Source: Crocinitomicaceae bacterium
Lineage (GTDB): Bacteria > Bacteroidota > Bacteroidia > Flavobacteriales_D > Crocinitomicaceae
Reading direction: 5' to 3'
NCBI GenBank assembly: GCA_029238665.1
Contig: JAQWFQ010000014.1
Span: 207,339-271,338, forward strand
DNA length: 64,000 nt
Made by a program: the position numbers and the translations under genes. Every line of letters begins with the position of its first letter. Position 1 is the first letter of the stretch. Shown here piece by piece: positions 40,497-49,965 of the stretch. The notes below the pieces were generated by a model. It searched no databases and had not been told where the DNA came from. It saw only the letters and a list, made by a program, of their open reading frames with translations.

Positions 40497-41819
40497 ATGC
40501 ATCCCTTTTATTTTACAATTTACTCAGTATTATCTTATACTTTAAACATATTTTACCCTAAGCGAATTGTAATAAACAAACCAAAAAAGTCCACAGGGGG
40601 TACCATTTTTGTAAGTAATCATCCGGCATCATTTATGGACCCGCTCGCAATCGCATACTTTGGTAAGTTCACTGTTTTTTTCATGGCGCGTGCGGATGTT
40701 TTTACAAAAATGACAACGCCATTTCTTTCTGCAGTTCACATGCTCCCTATTTACCGACAACAAGACGGAGAAAATACAAAAGAAAAAAACAAGAGCGTAT
40801 TTCAACGTTGTTCCGATATTTTAAAGCGTCGGAAAAACCTGCTAATTTTTGGGGAAGGGTTTACAGACGATACCTTCATTCGAAGGTTAAAGCCTGTAAA
40901 AAAAGGAGCTGTTAGAATTGGTTTTCAAACGCTTGAAAACATTAATTGGGAGCAAAATATCTACCTATCAGCAATTGGTTGTAATTATACAGACCCTAGT
41001 CAATTAGGTAGCCATTTGGTACTTTCTTACTCTGATAGAATTTGCCTTAACGATTATAGAGCCTTATACGAAGAGAATCCAAATAAAGCTATAAATGACT
41101 TAACTGGGCACATTGAGACACTAATGCAGGAACAAATTACGCACATCAAAAAGGCAGAGTTATCACCTTTTCATGAGCATATCATGATCATTACAAGAAA
41201 AGGGATGAATGCTTTTAATTATATGAAAAACTTGTCCCTTATAAAACGTTGGGAGTATTCAAAAAAATTGGCCGTTTGGATAAATAACCAAGACCTAGAT
41301 GCAAACTTAGCTCTAAACAAATTGAAAGAGCAAGCCGAATCTTATTTTAAACTTTTAAGTGACTCCAATCTTGAAGAACAATTTGTTTTTTGGAAAAAAG
41401 AGAACCCTAACGGGGGTAGACTTAAAGAAGTCATGTACATACTCCTACTCTCTCCCTTTGCCATTCTAGGGGCTATTCATTGCGCTCCTACATACCTATT
41501 TATAAAACGATTTGTTGAGAAGTCATTCAAGCGAAAGGTTTTTTGGGCTTCAGTTAAAATGCTCCTTGGAGCTATAGTACTGGGGATAATAAACATCCCG
41601 GCAATCTTCATTTTCTATTACTTCGTTTTCCCAAGCTGGATATTAGCAATTGCATATTATTTCTCTATTGGACTAACAGGTTTAGCTGCCTATAAACTCG
41701 TACAGAACTACAAAGCATTTGTAATCAAAGGAAAGGTTAATAAGGTTGACTTAACCGAAGTTCTTCAACAGCGCGAGATGCTTGAAAAAATAATTCAAGA
41801 AACCGTTCCTAACTTTTAA
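40497..41819 (+). CDS. Lysophospholipid/glycerol-phosphate acyltransferase family protein (PlsC-like) with a C-terminal membrane region
   Basis: 440 aa. HX4D motif NHPASFMD and FGEGFT block. C-terminal hydrophobic helices. Confidence 0.72.
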   Translation: MHPFYFTIYSVLSYTLNIFYPKRIVINKPKKSTGGTIFVSNHPASFMDPLAIAYFGKFTVFFMARADVFTKMTTPFLSAVHMLPIYRQQDGENTKEKNKSVFQRCSDILKRRKNLLIFGEGFTDDTFIRRLKPVKKGAVRIGFQTLENINWEQNIYLSAIGCNYTDPSQLGSHLVLSYSDRICLNDYRALYEENPNKAINDLTGHIETLMQEQITHIKKAELSPFHEHIMIITRKGMNAFNYMKNLSLIKRWEYSKKLAVWINNQDLDANLALNKLKEQAESYFKLLSDSNLEEQFVFWKKENPNGGRLKEVMYILLLSPFAILGAIHCAPTYLFIKRFVEKSFKRKVFWASVKMLLGAIVLGIINIPAIFIFYYFVFPSWILAIAYYFSIGLTGLAAYKLVQNYKAFVIKGKVNKVDLTEVLQQREMLEKIIQETVPNF

Positions 41820-42178
41820 GCCCTTGAGCGAAGAAAGAATATCAAGCCAATTCCGACAGAAACAGAAATTAAAATATTTAGAATAGCTAAGGCCGAGTGT
41901 CCACTTTCGAATAGGTTAAACGTTTCGTTGCTGAAGGTACTGAAGGTGCTAAACCCTCCACAAAACCCTATAATTAACAAGGGTTGAACCCACTCGTATT
42001 CAGCTTGTTTTGAACTAAAACTAGCAACCAAAACTACAAGTAGTAGGCACGCAAGCATGTTGCTAATAAAAGTCCCTAGTGGAAATTCAATGGAAATCAT
42101 TTGATTCGAAAACCTCGTTATTATATACCTCACCAAGCTCCCTAGTCCACCACCAATAAATATGTACAAATAAACCAT
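41816..42178 (-). CDS. crcB: Fluoride ion channel CrcB/FluC
   Basis: 120 aa with four TM helices. GGLGSLVRY and FCGGFSTFSTFS motifs. Confidence 0.85.
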   Translation of the reverse strand: MVYLYIFIGGGLGSLVRYIITRFSNQMISIEFPLGTFISNMLACLLLVVLVASFSSKQAEYEWVQPLLIIGFCGGFSTFSTFSNETFNLFESGHSALAILNILISVSVGIGLIFFLRSRA

Positions 42179-42182
42179 AGCT

Positions 42183-42773
42183 CTATTTTATATTTCTAAC
42201 AACAACTCGAAACACTAAGTGATAAATGATTTTAGCAATCAGAACACCCAACATCCCTCCGACAAGCACATCACTTAAATAGTGAACACCTAAGTAAATT
42301 CGACTAAAACAAACGAGCATTATACAAAACAAGAACGGTATGAATAGTGTTGTATAATAGTGTTTCAATGTAAAATAGGAAAATGCAACAACAGCGCAAA
42401 AATTTGCTGCATGAGACGAGACAAAACCATATGCACCTCCTTTATAAATTGATCCATCATCAAACATATAAAAGTGTAATTTTTCAGTCAACAATGCATG
42501 ATGAGAAGGGCGAGAACGCTCAAATACTTCTTTAAACAAATGTACTGAAACTTGATCTGCTAACGCCACAGAAATTATGGCACAAATAAAAAAGACACCA
42601 CCTTTAACTAATGTTGTTTTTCGTGTATAAAGAAAAATCAATAGAATGTAGAATGGTATCCATGTAAGCTTTCCAGATACAATCCACATAAATTCATCGA
42701 GAAAAGGAGTATTCCATCCATTAACGGCTTGAACTATCGCCCGATCAATTGATGCTAAATAATCAGTCTTCAT
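42183..42773 (-). CDS. PAP2-family membrane phosphatase
   Basis: 196 aa. Has [13 protein letters not shown] and [12 protein letters not shown] (KxxxxxxRP / SxH / SRxxxxxHxxxD). Confidence 0.8.
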   Translation of the reverse strand: MKTDYLASIDRAIVQAVNGWNTPFLDEFMWIVSGKLTWIPFYILLIFLYTRKTTLVKGGVFFICAIISVALADQVSVHLFKEVFERSRPSHHALLTEKLHFYMFDDGSIYKGGAYGFVSSHAANFCAVVAFSYFTLKHYYTTLFIPFLFCIMLVCFSRIYLGVHYLSDVLVGGMLGVLIAKIIYHLVFRVVVRNIK

Positions 42774-43758
42774 TCAGTGTATTCCAAATCAAATCTTTCA
42801 ATTCAACTAATCCCATTTGTGCTACCGATGAAATGAAAATATGAGGTATTCCTTCAGGAAGCTCTGATCGAACTTCCTCAGTTAACTCATCATCAAGCAT
42901 GTCACTCTTTGTAATGGCCAACAATTTATCTTTATGAAGGAGTTCTGGGTTATACAAGTTTAACTCATTTACTAAAACATTAAACTCCTTTTTGATATCG
43001 TCACTGTCAGCAGGAACCATAAACAACAACATGGAATTACGTTCAATATGACGTAAGAATCGTAAACCTAGTCCTTTTCCTTTATGTGCATCCTCGATAA
43101 TACCAGGAATGTCTGCCATTACAAATGATCTATAGTCACGGTACTTAACAATACCAAGGTTAGGCCTTAAAGTCGTAAAAGGGTAATTCGCTATTTCAGG
43201 TTTTGCTGCAGAAACAACAGACAGCAGTGTACTCTTTCCGGCATTTGGAAAACCAACCAGACCAACATCAGCTAAAACTTTAAGCTCAAGTGTTTTCCAA
43301 CCTTCGCCTCCATCTTCACCTGGCTGTGCAAAACGAGGTGTTTGATTCGTAGAAGATTTGAAGTTTGTGTTTCCTAATCCTCCACGCCCTCCACGCTCAA
43401 TGATCATTTCTTCTCCGTGAGTTGTCACTTCAAATAACGCCTCTCCTGTTTCTGGGTCTCTTGCTATGGTACCTAAGGGGACATCAATATAAACATCCTG
43501 CCCTTCTGCTCCCGTTTTTAAATTCCCTGAACCGTGCACACCATGTCCTGCTTTGATATGGCGCTTAAACTTCAAATGCAATAGGGTCCAAAGTTGTTTG
43601 TCTCCACGTAGGATAACATGACCTCCACGACCTCCATTACCTCCATCGGGACCACCTTTCGGTATATATTTCTCCCTTCGGAAGTGTTGAGAACCTCCAC
43701 CACCTTTACCAGATGTGGTATGAATTTTTACGTAATCAACAAAATTATCTGATGCCAT
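42763..43758 (-). CDS. obg: GTPase Obg/CgtA
   Basis: 331 aa. Glycine-rich Obg fold [15 protein letters not shown]1 motif GFPNAGKST. Confidence 0.95.
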   Translation of the reverse strand: MASDNFVDYVKIHTTSGKGGGGSQHFRREKYIPKGGPDGGNGGRGGHVILRGDKQLWTLLHLKFKRHIKAGHGVHGSGNLKTGAEGQDVYIDVPLGTIARDPETGEALFEVTTHGEEMIIERGGRGGLGNTNFKSSTNQTPRFAQPGEDGGEGWKTLELKVLADVGLVGFPNAGKSTLLSVVSAAKPEIANYPFTTLRPNLGIVKYRDYRSFVMADIPGIIEDAHKGKGLGLRFLRHIERNSMLLFMVPADSDDIKKEFNVLVNELNLYNPELLHKDKLLAITKSDMLDDELTEEVRSELPEGIPHIFISSVAQMGLVELKDLIWNTLNED

Positions 43759-43800
43759 ATTGGCTTAAATTTCAGAAGTAAACTTCTGGTTAAAATAATA

Positions 43801-44373
43801 TTACTTAATTGAGTCGATTGCACCGAAAATACGTGCTGTAATTTCATCAATGCTTCCTACACCATCAATCTCAATCAACTTACCTTGTTCTTTATAAAAA
43901 TCCGCAACGGGTGCTGTGCTCTGCTGGTACGTATTAATTCTATTTTGAATAATCGCTGGATCGGCATCGTCAGCTCTCCCTGAAACTTCAGCTCTAGCAA
44001 TTAACCGTGTTTTCAACTCATCCTCCGGAACAACTAAAGAAATCATTCGTGTAACTTCAGTGCCCTTAGAAGCTAAGAATTTATCAAGTGCTTCTGCCTG
44101 TGCAGTTGTTCTTGGAAATCCATCGTAAATTACACCAAGTGCATTTGGATGTTTAGAGACTTCACCTTCTAAAATTTGAATTGTGATTGCATCTGGAACC
44201 AAGTTACCTTTTGCTGAATAACTCGATGCTAACTTTGCCAGTTCAGACGTTGGGTCTAGCCCTCTAAATACATCTCCTGTTGAAATATGAGCTAAATCAT
44301 ACTTTTCTTTTAATCTTTCAGACTGAGTTCCTTTTCCGGCTCCCGGAGGTCCAAATAAAACAATATTTAACAT
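43801..44373 (-). CDS. adk: Adenylate kinase (short-lid type)
   Basis: 190 aa. P-loop GPPGAGKGT. Confidence 0.93.
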   Translation of the reverse strand: MLNIVLFGPPGAGKGTQSERLKEKYDLAHISTGDVFRGLDPTSELAKLASSYSAKGNLVPDAITIQILEGEVSKHPNALGVIYDGFPRTTAQAEALDKFLASKGTEVTRMISLVVPEDELKTRLIARAEVSGRADDADPAIIQNRINTYQQSTAPVADFYKEQGKLIEIDGVGSIDEITARIFGAIDSIK

Positions 44374-44390
44374 ACCTCTATTTTCGTTTT

Positions 44391-44930
44391 TTAATCTTGT
44401 AATTCTGTGATTTGGTATATAGAATCTAAATTTCTTCCTTTTTCATTATAATCTAAGCCATAACCTACAACAAAGGTGTTTGGAATAGAAAAGCCAGTAT
44501 AATCTGGCTTATGGGTCCCTTTAAATGCCGTTGGCTTATACAGTAACGAACATACCTTAACCTCTTTAGCACCTTCCAAAGAAAGTAAAGTCATGATTTT
44601 ATCAATTGTTATTCCTGTATCAACGATATCTTCAATAATGACTACAGACTTTCCGTTTAAATCACTATTTAACCCAATTAATTCATTTACTGTTCCTGTA
44701 GTAGAAGTTCCTGAATAAGAACTTAGCTTAATAAATGAGATTTCTGACTCGATGTTTATTGACTTCATTAAATCAGAAGCAAACATAAACGAACCATTTA
44801 ATACTGCTATAAAAACAAGCTCTTTTCCGGTAAAATCCGTGTTAATCTGCTCCGCTAAAGATGCAACCTCCTTTTGGATCTCATCTCGAGTAATAAACAC
44901 TTCAAAACTCTTATCTAGTACTTGCACCAC
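44391..44930 (-). CDS. hpt: Hypoxanthine phosphoribosyltransferase
   Basis: 179 aa with a GTG start. PRPP motif VVIIEDIVDTGIT. Confidence 0.88.
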   Translation of the reverse strand: MVQVLDKSFEVFITRDEIQKEVASLAEQINTDFTGKELVFIAVLNGSFMFASDLMKSINIESEISFIKLSSYSGTSTTGTVNELIGLNSDLNGKSVVIIEDIVDTGITIDKIMTLLSLEGAKEVKVCSLLYKPTAFKGTHKPDYTGFSIPNTFVVGYGLDYNEKGRNLDSIYQITELQD

Positions 44931-44950
44931 TGTTATCTCATTTAGAGATT

Positions 44951-44958
44951 CAAAAGTA
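44951..44958 (-). promoter_or_regulatory. -7 promoter box for the hpt-adk-obg-PAP2-crcB gene string
   Basis: Plus-strand CAAAAGTA equals minus-strand TACTTTTG. There are 20 nt before the start at 44930. Confidence 0.45.
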
Positions 44959-45021
44959 CAATTTTCTCAACAAAAAAGACAATAAAATACAGGTAAAAGC
45001 TTGTAAGACATAAATGAACAT

Positions 45022-45029
45022 TATCTTTG
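45022..45029 (+). promoter_or_regulatory. -7 promoter box immediately upstream of the purK start
   Basis: TATCTTTG, then 5 nt before ATG 45035. It lies inside the ORF-track N-terminal extension (45014). Confidence 0.45.
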
Positions 45030-45034
45030 TAATT

Positions 45035-46180
45035 ATGGAAAAAAATCTCATTGGTTCAGAATACCGCCTAGGTATTCTAGGAGGCGGTCAATTAGGTCGA
45101 ATGTTTATTCAGGAAGCAATAAACTACAACATTCATGTACACATCATGGAGAACGATACGAATGCTCCAAGTGCTGATTCTGCAAATACATTCACTAAAG
45201 GCGATATTAACAACTACGATGATGTTGTTGCTTTCGGTGAAAATCTAGATACGCTAACCGTTGAAATTGAAAACGTAAACATTCAGGCACTTTATCACTT
45301 AGAAAAAATTGGTGTTAACGTTTTTCCACAACCTAGAGTTTTAGAGATTATTAAAGATAAAGGTTTACAAAAAGAGTTTTACAAAAAAAATGCGATTCCA
45401 ACATCTGATTTTGAGTTACTCCCACCAAATCCAGACAAAACTGCTTTAGTACAAAAAATCCCATTCGTACAAAAACTAAGGACAGGTGGGTACGATGGTA
45501 AAGGTGTTGAGGTAATTAAACTAGAAGAGGACTTAAACAAACTGTTTCAAGAACCCTCTATTGTTGAACGTTTAGTCCCGTTTACAAAAGAACTTTCAGT
45601 TATAGTTGCACGAAATAAAACTGGAGAAACTGCTGTCTACCCAACCGTAGAATGTGAGTTTAACAATGTTAACTTAGTTGAGTTCCTTTTTTCACCTGCT
45701 AATATTACACCTGAAATTGAACAAAAAGCAACTGCTATTGCTATTGATGTTATTAATAAATTAGAAATGGTAGGTCTATTAGCCGTAGAGCTGTTCCTAT
45801 GTGAGAATGGCGACATACTTGTAAACGAAGTTGCCCCTCGCCCGCACAATAGTGGACACCATACCATCGAATGCAACATCACTTCACAATTTGAACAGCA
45901 CCTGCGTTCAATCTTAAATATGCCTCTTGGCGCAACAGATATTACACGATCTGGCGTCATGTTAAATCTAATTGGAAGTGAGGGACACCATGGGAAAGCG
46001 ACGTATGATGGCTTACTAGACATTGTATCAATGAAGGGAGTTCATGTTCACTTATACGGCAAGGAAATTACTAAACCAAACCGAAAAATGGGGCATATAA
46101 CCATTGCTCAAGAGTCGATGGCTGAAGCAATACGCGTAGCCAAAGATATCAAGCATCGAATCAAGGTGATTACAACTTAG
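45035..46180 (+). CDS. purK: N5-carboxyaminoimidazole ribonucleotide synthase
   Basis: I start at ATG 45035 (MEKNLIGSEYRLGILGGGQLGRM). ATP-grasp fold with EVAPRPHNSGH. Confidence 0.9.
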   Translation: MEKNLIGSEYRLGILGGGQLGRMFIQEAINYNIHVHIMENDTNAPSADSANTFTKGDINNYDDVVAFGENLDTLTVEIENVNIQALYHLEKIGVNVFPQPRVLEIIKDKGLQKEFYKKNAIPTSDFELLPPNPDKTALVQKIPFVQKLRTGGYDGKGVEVIKLEEDLNKLFQEPSIVERLVPFTKELSVIVARNKTGETAVYPTVECEFNNVNLVEFLFSPANITPEIEQKATAIAIDVINKLEMVGLLAVELFLCENGDILVNEVAPRPHNSGHHTIECNITSQFEQHLRSILNMPLGATDITRSGVMLNLIGSEGHHGKATYDGLLDIVSMKGVHVHLYGKEITKPNRKMGHITIAQESMAEAIRVAKDIKHRIKVITT

Positions 46181-46253
46181 TCATCCAAAATAATTGTTAT
46201 CTTGTCAAGAGCCTATGACATCCATAAGCTCGCATAAATTGTAATGAAATCTA

Positions 46254-46664
46254 ATGATGAAGATTTGCAGAAGAGAAACCTTTAATGCCGCACACCGACT
46301 ATTTAAACCTGAGTGGTCCGACGAGAAAAACTTAGCTGTTTTTGGAAAGTGTAGTTACCCTAACTATCATGGACACAACTATGCATTAGAAGTGTGGATA
46401 GAGGGAGCTATTAACCCAGAAACGGGGTTCATCATGGACTTGAAATTATTGAAAGACATCATTCATGCTGAAATTTTAGAACGATTTGATCATAAGAATT
46501 TAAACCTAGACTGTCCAGAATTTAACGGGATTATTCCAACAACTGAAAACATTTCAGTCGTTATTTGGGACTTATTGCGTAGTAAAATTAGTACTCAATT
46601 TAACATTGAGGTTGTTATTGCTGAAACCACAAAAAATAAAGTTTCCTATTCAGGAAACAATTAA
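46254..46664 (+). CDS. PTPS/QueD family protein, paralog 2
   Basis: 136 aa. Has [24 protein letters not shown] (C-x5-HGH) and DHKNLNLD. By eye it is roughly half identical to the protein at 30073-30504. Confidence 0.85.
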   Translation: MMKICRRETFNAAHRLFKPEWSDEKNLAVFGKCSYPNYHGHNYALEVWIEGAINPETGFIMDLKLLKDIIHAEILERFDHKNLNLDCPEFNGIIPTTENISVVIWDLLRSKISTQFNIEVVIAETTKNKVSYSGNN

Positions 46665-46666
46665 CC

Positions 46667-47593
46667 ATGCGGTTCTATACGCTAATATGCCTCTTTTTAG
46701 CACTCTTATTTTTTAAGTGCACAAAAAAACCATTGAATGCATATAAGACTGAACACGTCATTATTATTGTAATTGACGGTTCGCGGTATTCAGAAAGCTG
46801 GGGAGAGCCCACACAACAGTTTATACCACATCAAAAAAACTTAAGCGCGCAAGGAGTTTTCTATAGCAACTTCTACAACAACGGCGAAACATATACGGTC
46901 CCTGGTCACTCAGCAATAACAACGGGTGTTTACGAAAACATTGACAATAACGGAACTGCCCTTCCAGGTTCACCTTCACTATTTCAAGTTTGGCGGAAAA
47001 AGTACAAAAACCCTGAAAATTCAGCTTATATTATTGCAAGTAAAGACAAGTTAGAGGTATTAGACAATTGCACAAACCCCTTTTGGAATAACAAATACCA
47101 ACCCCAAACCAACTGTGGATGGAGCGGTCTCGGTTCTGGCTATCGGCCAGACAGTGTTACAGCGAGCACCGCTATAAACATACTTGAAAATAATACTCCA
47201 AACATGGTTCTAATAAATTTTAGACAACCTGATTTTTCAGCGCACCAAAATGATTGGAATGGATATATATCTGGAATTCAACAAACTGACAATTATATAA
47301 ATCAACTTTGGGAATACATTCAAGGCAGTACAAAATACGCCAATAAAACTGCATTATTTATCACAAATGATCATGGAAGACATCTAGATAGCACCGGAGG
47401 ATTTGCCTATCACGGTGATGATTGTGAAGGGTGTAGAAGGGTGAGCCTTTTGGCCATTGGACCCGACTTCAATCAAGGGGTGGTTGTGGATGAGCCCCAC
47501 GAGTTAATTGATATTCCAACAACCATTTCCAAGCTCATGCACTTTAAGTTTTCGTCTGGAAACGGAAAAGAACTCAGTGAATTATTTAATTAA
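46667..47593 (+). CDS. Alkaline-phosphatase-superfamily lipoprotein (phosphodiesterase/nucleotide-pyrophosphatase-like)
   Basis: 308 aa. Lipoprotein-like signal LFLALLFFKC. Metal-site-like strings IIIVIDGSRYSESWG and ITNDHGRH...YHGDD. Confidence 0.6.
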   Translation: MRFYTLICLFLALLFFKCTKKPLNAYKTEHVIIIVIDGSRYSESWGEPTQQFIPHQKNLSAQGVFYSNFYNNGETYTVPGHSAITTGVYENIDNNGTALPGSPSLFQVWRKKYKNPENSAYIIASKDKLEVLDNCTNPFWNNKYQPQTNCGWSGLGSGYRPDSVTASTAINILENNTPNMVLINFRQPDFSAHQNDWNGYISGIQQTDNYINQLWEYIQGSTKYANKTALFITNDHGRHLDSTGGFAYHGDDCEGCRRVSLLAIGPDFNQGVVVDEPHELIDIPTTISKLMHFKFSSGNGKELSELFN

Positions 47594-47596
47594 TTA

Positions 47597-47959
47597 TCAC
47601 TTTACATAGTCTTGTTTATGCACTAGCATATAACGATCATTTTCTGTCTTTAAATACCCTTGTTCATAGCAGAAAAAGTATTGAGAGCCTGACTTAGTTG
47701 TGTATACATTTGTATAATAATGGAAATTAAATCCTTCCTCAGCAAGTGTTATTCCATCTACTGTTTTTTTTCCATTCGGGTTTAAAGCAGCTAAAACTCT
47801 TCGATTTTTTCGTAAGATATTATTAATTCGTCTTATATATTTTGTAGCATCCTCATTCAGCCGATTATTAAATGTATTACGGCAATAATCGGAACAAAAT
47901 TTCTGATCCTTCCTTCCTGAAAGCTTTAACCCACACTCATTACATTCACGAATATCCAT
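47597..47959 (-). CDS. Zinc-ribbon (CxxC...FCSxxC) small basic protein, function unknown
   Basis: I start at ATG 47959 (MDIRECNECGLKLSGRKDQKFCSDYCRNTFNN); the ORF track uses TTG 47974. A basic helix RRINNILRKNRRVL follows the four Cys. Confidence 0.6.
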   Translation of the reverse strand: MDIRECNECGLKLSGRKDQKFCSDYCRNTFNNRLNEDATKYIRRINNILRKNRRVLAALNPNGKKTVDGITLAEEGFNFHYYTNVYTTKSGSQYFFCYEQGYLKTENDRYMLVHKQDYVK

Positions 47960-48030
47960 CCCTTTAACTATCAATGATTAGCATAACAATGTTAACATTA
48001 ATTAACAGCAAAATCAAGGGCAACAGGACA

Positions 48031-48038
48031 TATCTTTG
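48031..48038 (+). promoter_or_regulatory. -7 promoter box for the MoxR/Bat operon
   Basis: TATCTTTG. There are 5 nt before TTG 48044 and 29 nt before ATG 48068. Confidence 0.45.
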
Positions 48039-48043
48039 CAACT

Positions 48044-49090
48044 TTGATCGCTACAATTAATTTGAATATGTCAGAAAACATACAGAATCCAATGAATCCT
48101 GCCGAAGCTTTGAGAATTGTCAGTGAACAAATTCAAAAAGAGGTCACTATTATAAATATGCTTCGTAATGAGGTTGGAAAAGTAGTGGTTGGACAAACAT
48201 ATATGATGGATCGTTTACTCATCGCGCTACTTGCTGATGGTCACGTTCTACTAGAAGGGGTTCCAGGGTTAGCAAAAACACTTGCTATCAAAACACTTTC
48301 TGATGCCATTGATGTTAATTTTAGCCGCATTCAATTTACACCTGACTTACTTCCCGCAGATGTTACAGGAACATTGATGTATAGTCAAAAAACGGAAACA
48401 TTTAGCGTTAAGAAAGGTCCTATTTTCTCAAACTTTATTTTAGCCGATGAAATCAACCGCGCTCCTGCTAAAGTTCAAAGTGCATTACTAGAAGCTATGC
48501 AAGAGCGTCAAGTTACCATAGGTGATGAAACGCATCAATTACCAGAACCATTCTTGGTACTTGCAACACAAAACCCCATAGAACAAGAAGGAACCTACCC
48601 CCTACCTGAAGCCCAGATGGATCGATTTATGTTAAAGCTGTTTTTAGGGTATCCAACAAAAGAAGAAGAGCGTCAAATTATTCGAGCAAACGTAAGTATA
48701 GAAGGATTAAAAAAAGCCAACAACGTTATTTCAACGGCTGATATTCAACGCTGTAGAAACCTCGTAAAACAAGTGTATTTAGATGAAAAAATAGAGCAAT
48801 ACATTGTTGACATCGTTTATGCAACCCGTCAACCTGAGAGCTATGGCTTAGGGTTTTTGGAGCCGATGATTAATGTTGGTTGTTCCCCTAGAGCGAGTAT
48901 AAATCTTGCACTCGCAGCAAAAGCATTTGCCTTTTTACAAGGTCGAGCGTTTGTAATTCCAGAAGATATTAGAGCTGTAGCTCCAGATGTAATGAGACAC
49001 CGAATGGGGTTAAGTTATGAGGCAGAAGCAGAAAATATAACTGCAAGTGATGTCGTCAATAAGATCATCAATAAAGTAGAGGTTCCTTAA
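48044..49090 (+). CDS. moxR: MoxR-family AAA+ ATPase (start ambiguous: TTG 48044 or ATG 48068)
   Basis: 348 or 340 aa. Walker A GVPGLAKT and Walker B ILADEINR. Followed by DUF58 and VWA genes. Confidence 0.9.
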   Translation: MIATINLNMSENIQNPMNPAEALRIVSEQIQKEVTIINMLRNEVGKVVVGQTYMMDRLLIALLADGHVLLEGVPGLAKTLAIKTLSDAIDVNFSRIQFTPDLLPADVTGTLMYSQKTETFSVKKGPIFSNFILADEINRAPAKVQSALLEAMQERQVTIGDETHQLPEPFLVLATQNPIEQEGTYPLPEAQMDRFMLKLFLGYPTKEEERQIIRANVSIEGLKKANNVISTADIQRCRNLVKQVYLDEKIEQYIVDIVYATRQPESYGLGFLEPMINVGCSPRASINLALAAKAFAFLQGRAFVIPEDIRAVAPDVMRHRMGLSYEAEAENITASDVVNKIINKVEVP

Positions 49091-49098
49091 TAAGATCA

Positions 49099-49965
49099 AT
49101 GGACACCAAAGAACTTCTTAAAAAAATTCGCCTCTTGGACATTCGAACCAGAGGACTTACCAAGCATGTTTTTTCTGGGGAATATCACGCTGCGTTTAAA
49201 GGGCGTGGGATGACATTTAGCGAAGTTCGAAACTATACCCTTGGGGACGAGGTGCGTACAATTGATTGGAATGTTACAGCTCGATTTAATGAGCCATATG
49301 TAAAAGTATTTGATGAAGAGCGTGAGCTAACGGTTATGCTAATCATTGACATTTCAGGGTCTTCAAATTTTGGAATACACGAAAAAACAAAGAAAGACTT
49401 AGCGCTCGAATTAGCAGCTGTTCTTTCGTTTTCAGCAATAAGCAACAACGATAAAGTTGGTGCCATATTTGTTTCAGATACCGTGGAAAAATACATTGCT
49501 CCACAAAAAGGGAAAAAGCATGCTTTAATTATTCTCAGAGCCTTTATTGAATTAAAAGCAACATCCAAAGACACAAACTTAAATGAAGCTTTAACATTTT
49601 TTAGAAACACACAAAAGAAACGATGTATCGCATTTATAATTAGTGACTTCATGGACGAAAATAACGTTATGGAAGAACTGAAAATTTCTCGTAAAAAACA
49701 CGACTTGGTCGCACTTCATTTAGTTGACGAAGCCGAAAAAAAGTTACCAGCCATGGGGATTGTTCAAATGCAGAACTCTGAGTCAGGAAAAAAAACTTGG
49801 GTTAACACCAATAGCCAACAAGCAAGAGATATGCATGCTCATAATTTTAAAACATTTGAAGATAACTTGTTTTTAAACTTAAAAAAAGCTGGTATAGATA
49901 GTACATCAATTTCAACTGACGAAGATTTTATAAAACCCCTCGTAAAACTCTTTAAAAACAGGTGA
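49099..49965 (+). CDS. DUF58 domain protein (MoxR-associated, VWA-like)
   Basis: 288 aa. Has GEYHAAFKGRGMTFSEVRNYTLGDEVRTIDWNVTAR, typical of DUF58. Confidence 0.85.
   Translation: MDTKELLKKIRLLDIRTRGLTKHVFSGEYHAAFKGRGMTFSEVRNYTLGDEVRTIDWNVTARFNEPYVKVFDEERELTVMLIIDISGSSNFGIHEKTKKDLALELAAVLSFSAISNNDKVGAIFVSDTVEKYIAPQKGKKHALIILRAFIELKATSKDTNLNEALTFFRNTQKKRCIAFIISDFMDENNVMEELKISRKKHDLVALHLVDEAEKKLPAMGIVQMQNSESGKKTWVNTNSQQARDMHAHNFKTFEDNLFLNLKKAGIDSTSISTDEDFIKPLVKLFKNR

Noticed and set aside
42179-42182. Fluoride riboswitch upstream of crcB.
   Set aside because: Only 4 nt separate crcB from the preceding PAP2 gene, so there is no room for the roughly 50-nt aptamer.
45637-46023. Long antisense ORFs nested inside well-supported genes: 7766-8146, 45637-46023, 49233-49652, 62616-63008 and others in the ORF track such as 900-1211, 3724-4041 and 31666-31995.
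   Set aside because: They lie entirely within, and antisense or out of frame to, genes with strong family motifs. They have no promoter box or recognisable domains, and their composition looks like shadow-frame translation. I treat them as artefacts.
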